Positions 61,922 through 64,000 of a stretch of DNA of 64,000 nucleotides are shown piece by piece. The translations under genes were made by a program, and so were the position numbers. Each line of letters begins with the position of its first letter. Within the stretch, counting starts at the first letter, position 1. This DNA comes from the human T2T-CHM13v2.0 reference genome, Homo sapiens. The stretch lies in NCBI RefSeq assembly GCF_009914755.1, contig NC_060936.1, one strand, 5' to 3'. The notes beneath the pieces were generated by a model, which worked only from the letters and a program-made list of their open reading frames with translations, had not been told where the DNA came from and made no database searches.

Positions 61922-62704
61922 TGATACCCCTCCTGGGAACCCCACACTCCCCTGAAGAGCCTTCTGCCCCAGCGCCTCGCCCCGCTGGTCCTGTATGTTT
62001 CCATGGCTGCCTCGCCCTCTTAGACCACAGCCTCCTGCAAAGTAGGGCCCCGTATCTCAGTTGGCTTTGCGCTCCCAGTGCCTGGCACAGAGCCTGGCTC
62101 CCATGAGCACTCAACGACCCTTGAAAATTGACCGGAATCCCGGACAGCGCCGAGGTAGCGCGGGGAACGGGAGCGTGATCTGCTGCCCTCTCCTGGCAAT
62201 GTGAAGCATTGTCCTAAGCACAGACACTTCCCTCTCCGCTGTACAAAAACAACTGCAGGATCGGGAAGCTGGAAAAGGAGCTGATGGAGGATGGGGGATA
62301 TGGATGCTGTCTAAGAGACAAACTGGATTGAGGGGTTGCTGAGACTCTGCCATCTCCCACACTTTTCCCACGTTCGTGGACGCAGGGGCGAGGTGAGTGC
62401 TTTCAAAGGAGGATGCATCCTCAGAGAGGCTCTCGCTCCCCCCATCAAACCCTATACTCTTGGATGAGATCTCGCTTGTCAATATATGCGGTTGCCATGT
62501 TGTAACTATCACTGCACCTTTAATTCACTTCAGTGAGCGATCACTGAGTTTTTTCCACCATTGTTGTAAAATTTGTTTTGCTCTTGTGTGTAAAAAGACT
62601 GTGAATTTAACCACTGGCTTCTCCTGATATTAACTCGGCTTTCTACGGCTGGGAGGTTGTCTCTGACATTCTGGGTTTCTCAGCCTTCTGTCAAAATCCA
62701 AATA

Positions 62705-62836
62705 CAGTCAGTCCGCAGTATACGTGGGGGACTGGCTCCAGGACCCTCCCTTGAAGATACTAACATCACAGGTGCTCAAGCCCCTGATACAGAATGGCAC
62801 AGCGTTTGCAGACAACCTATGCACACCCTGCAAGCT
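62705..62836 (+). mobile_element. MER2 (TcMar-Tigger) left part, interrupted by the CBX3 retrocopy
   Basis: CAGTCAGTCCGCAGTATACGTGGGGGACTGGCTCCAGGACCC...GCTCAAGCCCCTGATAC. Confidence 0.75.
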
Positions 62837-64000
62837 CTTTCTTTCTTTTTGAAGGAATATAAAACTATTTATTGACCACTGTTCACCAGTATTTACAATA
62901 AATTAAACAATATATAGTCGAATAACATTCTGCTTGCTACAGAGTTGTTTTTCCTGGCTTTTGCTGAACCAGTAAAGAAAATAGTCTACATGTAAGGAAT
63001 GAGTCGGGGTGTGGTAGCACTCCTCACACGGGGACACCAGCTGCAGGGGGTCTGTCCTTTGCAGACCTCTGACCCAGTGACAGATGAATGAAGTACACTG
63101 ACACTCAGATATTCTGCTTTGCCAGTCCAGCTGAGTGTCTCCGAGCCGCTTACAGACTCCAGCAGAGTCCTGTAAACAGTTGCGACTCAGCCCTGACCAG
63201 CTAGTGAGACTCACATTTATTGGTAAAGATTTATTGACAAAAGACTTGAGTCAATACCACTAGAGGGTAATTGACATTGTGGACTTCCCAAGTAGAAAGC
63301 ACTTAAGCACCCACCGTACATCAAAGGTTAATCTTAAGACCATATGAGTAAACAAGCTAGCTAGATAACTTCCCCACATTCTTTTGTTACTACTTTAATC
63401 TATTTAACTAAAGGTAAAGGGACCAGGCTGCCTTTAGCCAGATCTATTACCAAAATTATGCAAACTTCTCGGCCTTCCAAGAAGATTTCTGTCTATCTCT
63501 ATAACAATCCCTAATATTTTTCCCACCAGCCTGACTGAATCTCTACATTGGGGTAAAGAAGAAACATACAGGTCAATAGTTGAGATTACCAAAGGTTGTT
63601 CACACATTTATGGCAGCAGGTCCTAGACTGCCAATACCTCTAACCATCTCACTAGGTTTCTATGAGCCAAGTCTTACATATTCCATGAATCATGACTTTA
63701 AGTCAATATAGCAACAGAGATTTCAAAATGTTTTTAAGGAATGGCCCACTGGAGAAACTGTCACATGTTCACTTAACTCAGTTTTGTTTAGCTAATTAAA
63801 ACACACCGGGATGTGTCTTGTTTCCTCATCTGGATGGGGAAACCTCCAGTGATGGCAGTGATAAAATTTTTCCATTTAGGAATTTTGCAAACAAACCACT
63901 TCATTTATAGACATAGATGCTTTAAAATTAGCCGATTTAAATTGTCCTATTAAGTAGAATTACTTATTTCCCTTGAAATGTATGGCTTCAGGAAGCTTTT
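62837..64000 (-). pseudogene. CBX3P4: Processed CBX3 pseudogene, 3'UTR portion (CDS would lie beyond the window)
   Basis: Minus strand reads TTTACTGGTTCAGCAAAAGCCAGGAA...TTGTAAATACTGGTGAACAGTGGTCAATAAATAGTTTTATATTCC plus A-rich tail, matching the recalled CBX3 mRNA 3' end; AATAAA at 62868-62873. Confidence 0.8.
63011..63547 (-). mobile_element. LTR22-family (HML-5) LTR (63042-63547) plus tRNA-Met PBS (63021-63039)
   Basis: TGTAGAGATTCAGTCAGGCTGGTGGGAAAAA...CCCCCTGCA termini; PBS TGGTGTCCCCGTGTGAGGA; flanks TCGGGGT/TTGGGGT. Confidence 0.8.

Noticed and set aside
63021-63039. tRNA-Met gene fragment
   Set aside because: Only the 3' ~18 nt including CCA, directly next to an LTR, so it is a retroviral PBS

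Overview
Primate (human-like) genomic DNA that is repeat-rich and has no intact protein-coding gene I can support. Three recognisable pseudogenes occur in this order: an unprocessed copy of IQSEC3 exon 1 with its CpG island (~30.2-30.7 kb, -), an RPL23A retrocopy (~59.9-60.4 kb, +) and a CBX3 retrocopy 3'UTR (62.8-64 kb, -). From memory this order fits human 12p13.33 between CACNA1C and FKBP4 (IQSEC3P1/RPL23AP14/CBX3P4); I could not verify it. Manual translation found two decayed genes on the minus strand that the ORF track does not assemble. (1) A single-coding-exon, ~225-codon, highly divergent connexin-like pseudogene (3864-4538) with both extracellular Cys loops recognisable. (2) Nine colinear, phase-compatible exons of an MROH (maestro HEAT-like repeat) family gene (45464-53662), all free of stop codons, with one lost splice acceptor and no recognisable 3' continuation. 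The window also records many rearrangements: an old direct segmental duplication (15.0-23.5 kb vs 37.2-40.8 kb), an L1 with an inverted, partly homogenised 5'UTR, an orphan polyadenylated retro-insertion, an LTR22 plus tRNA-Met PBS flanked by a TSD, nested retroelements and two VNTRs. Family and subfamily calls come from recalled sequences, not database searches, and identities are estimated by eye.
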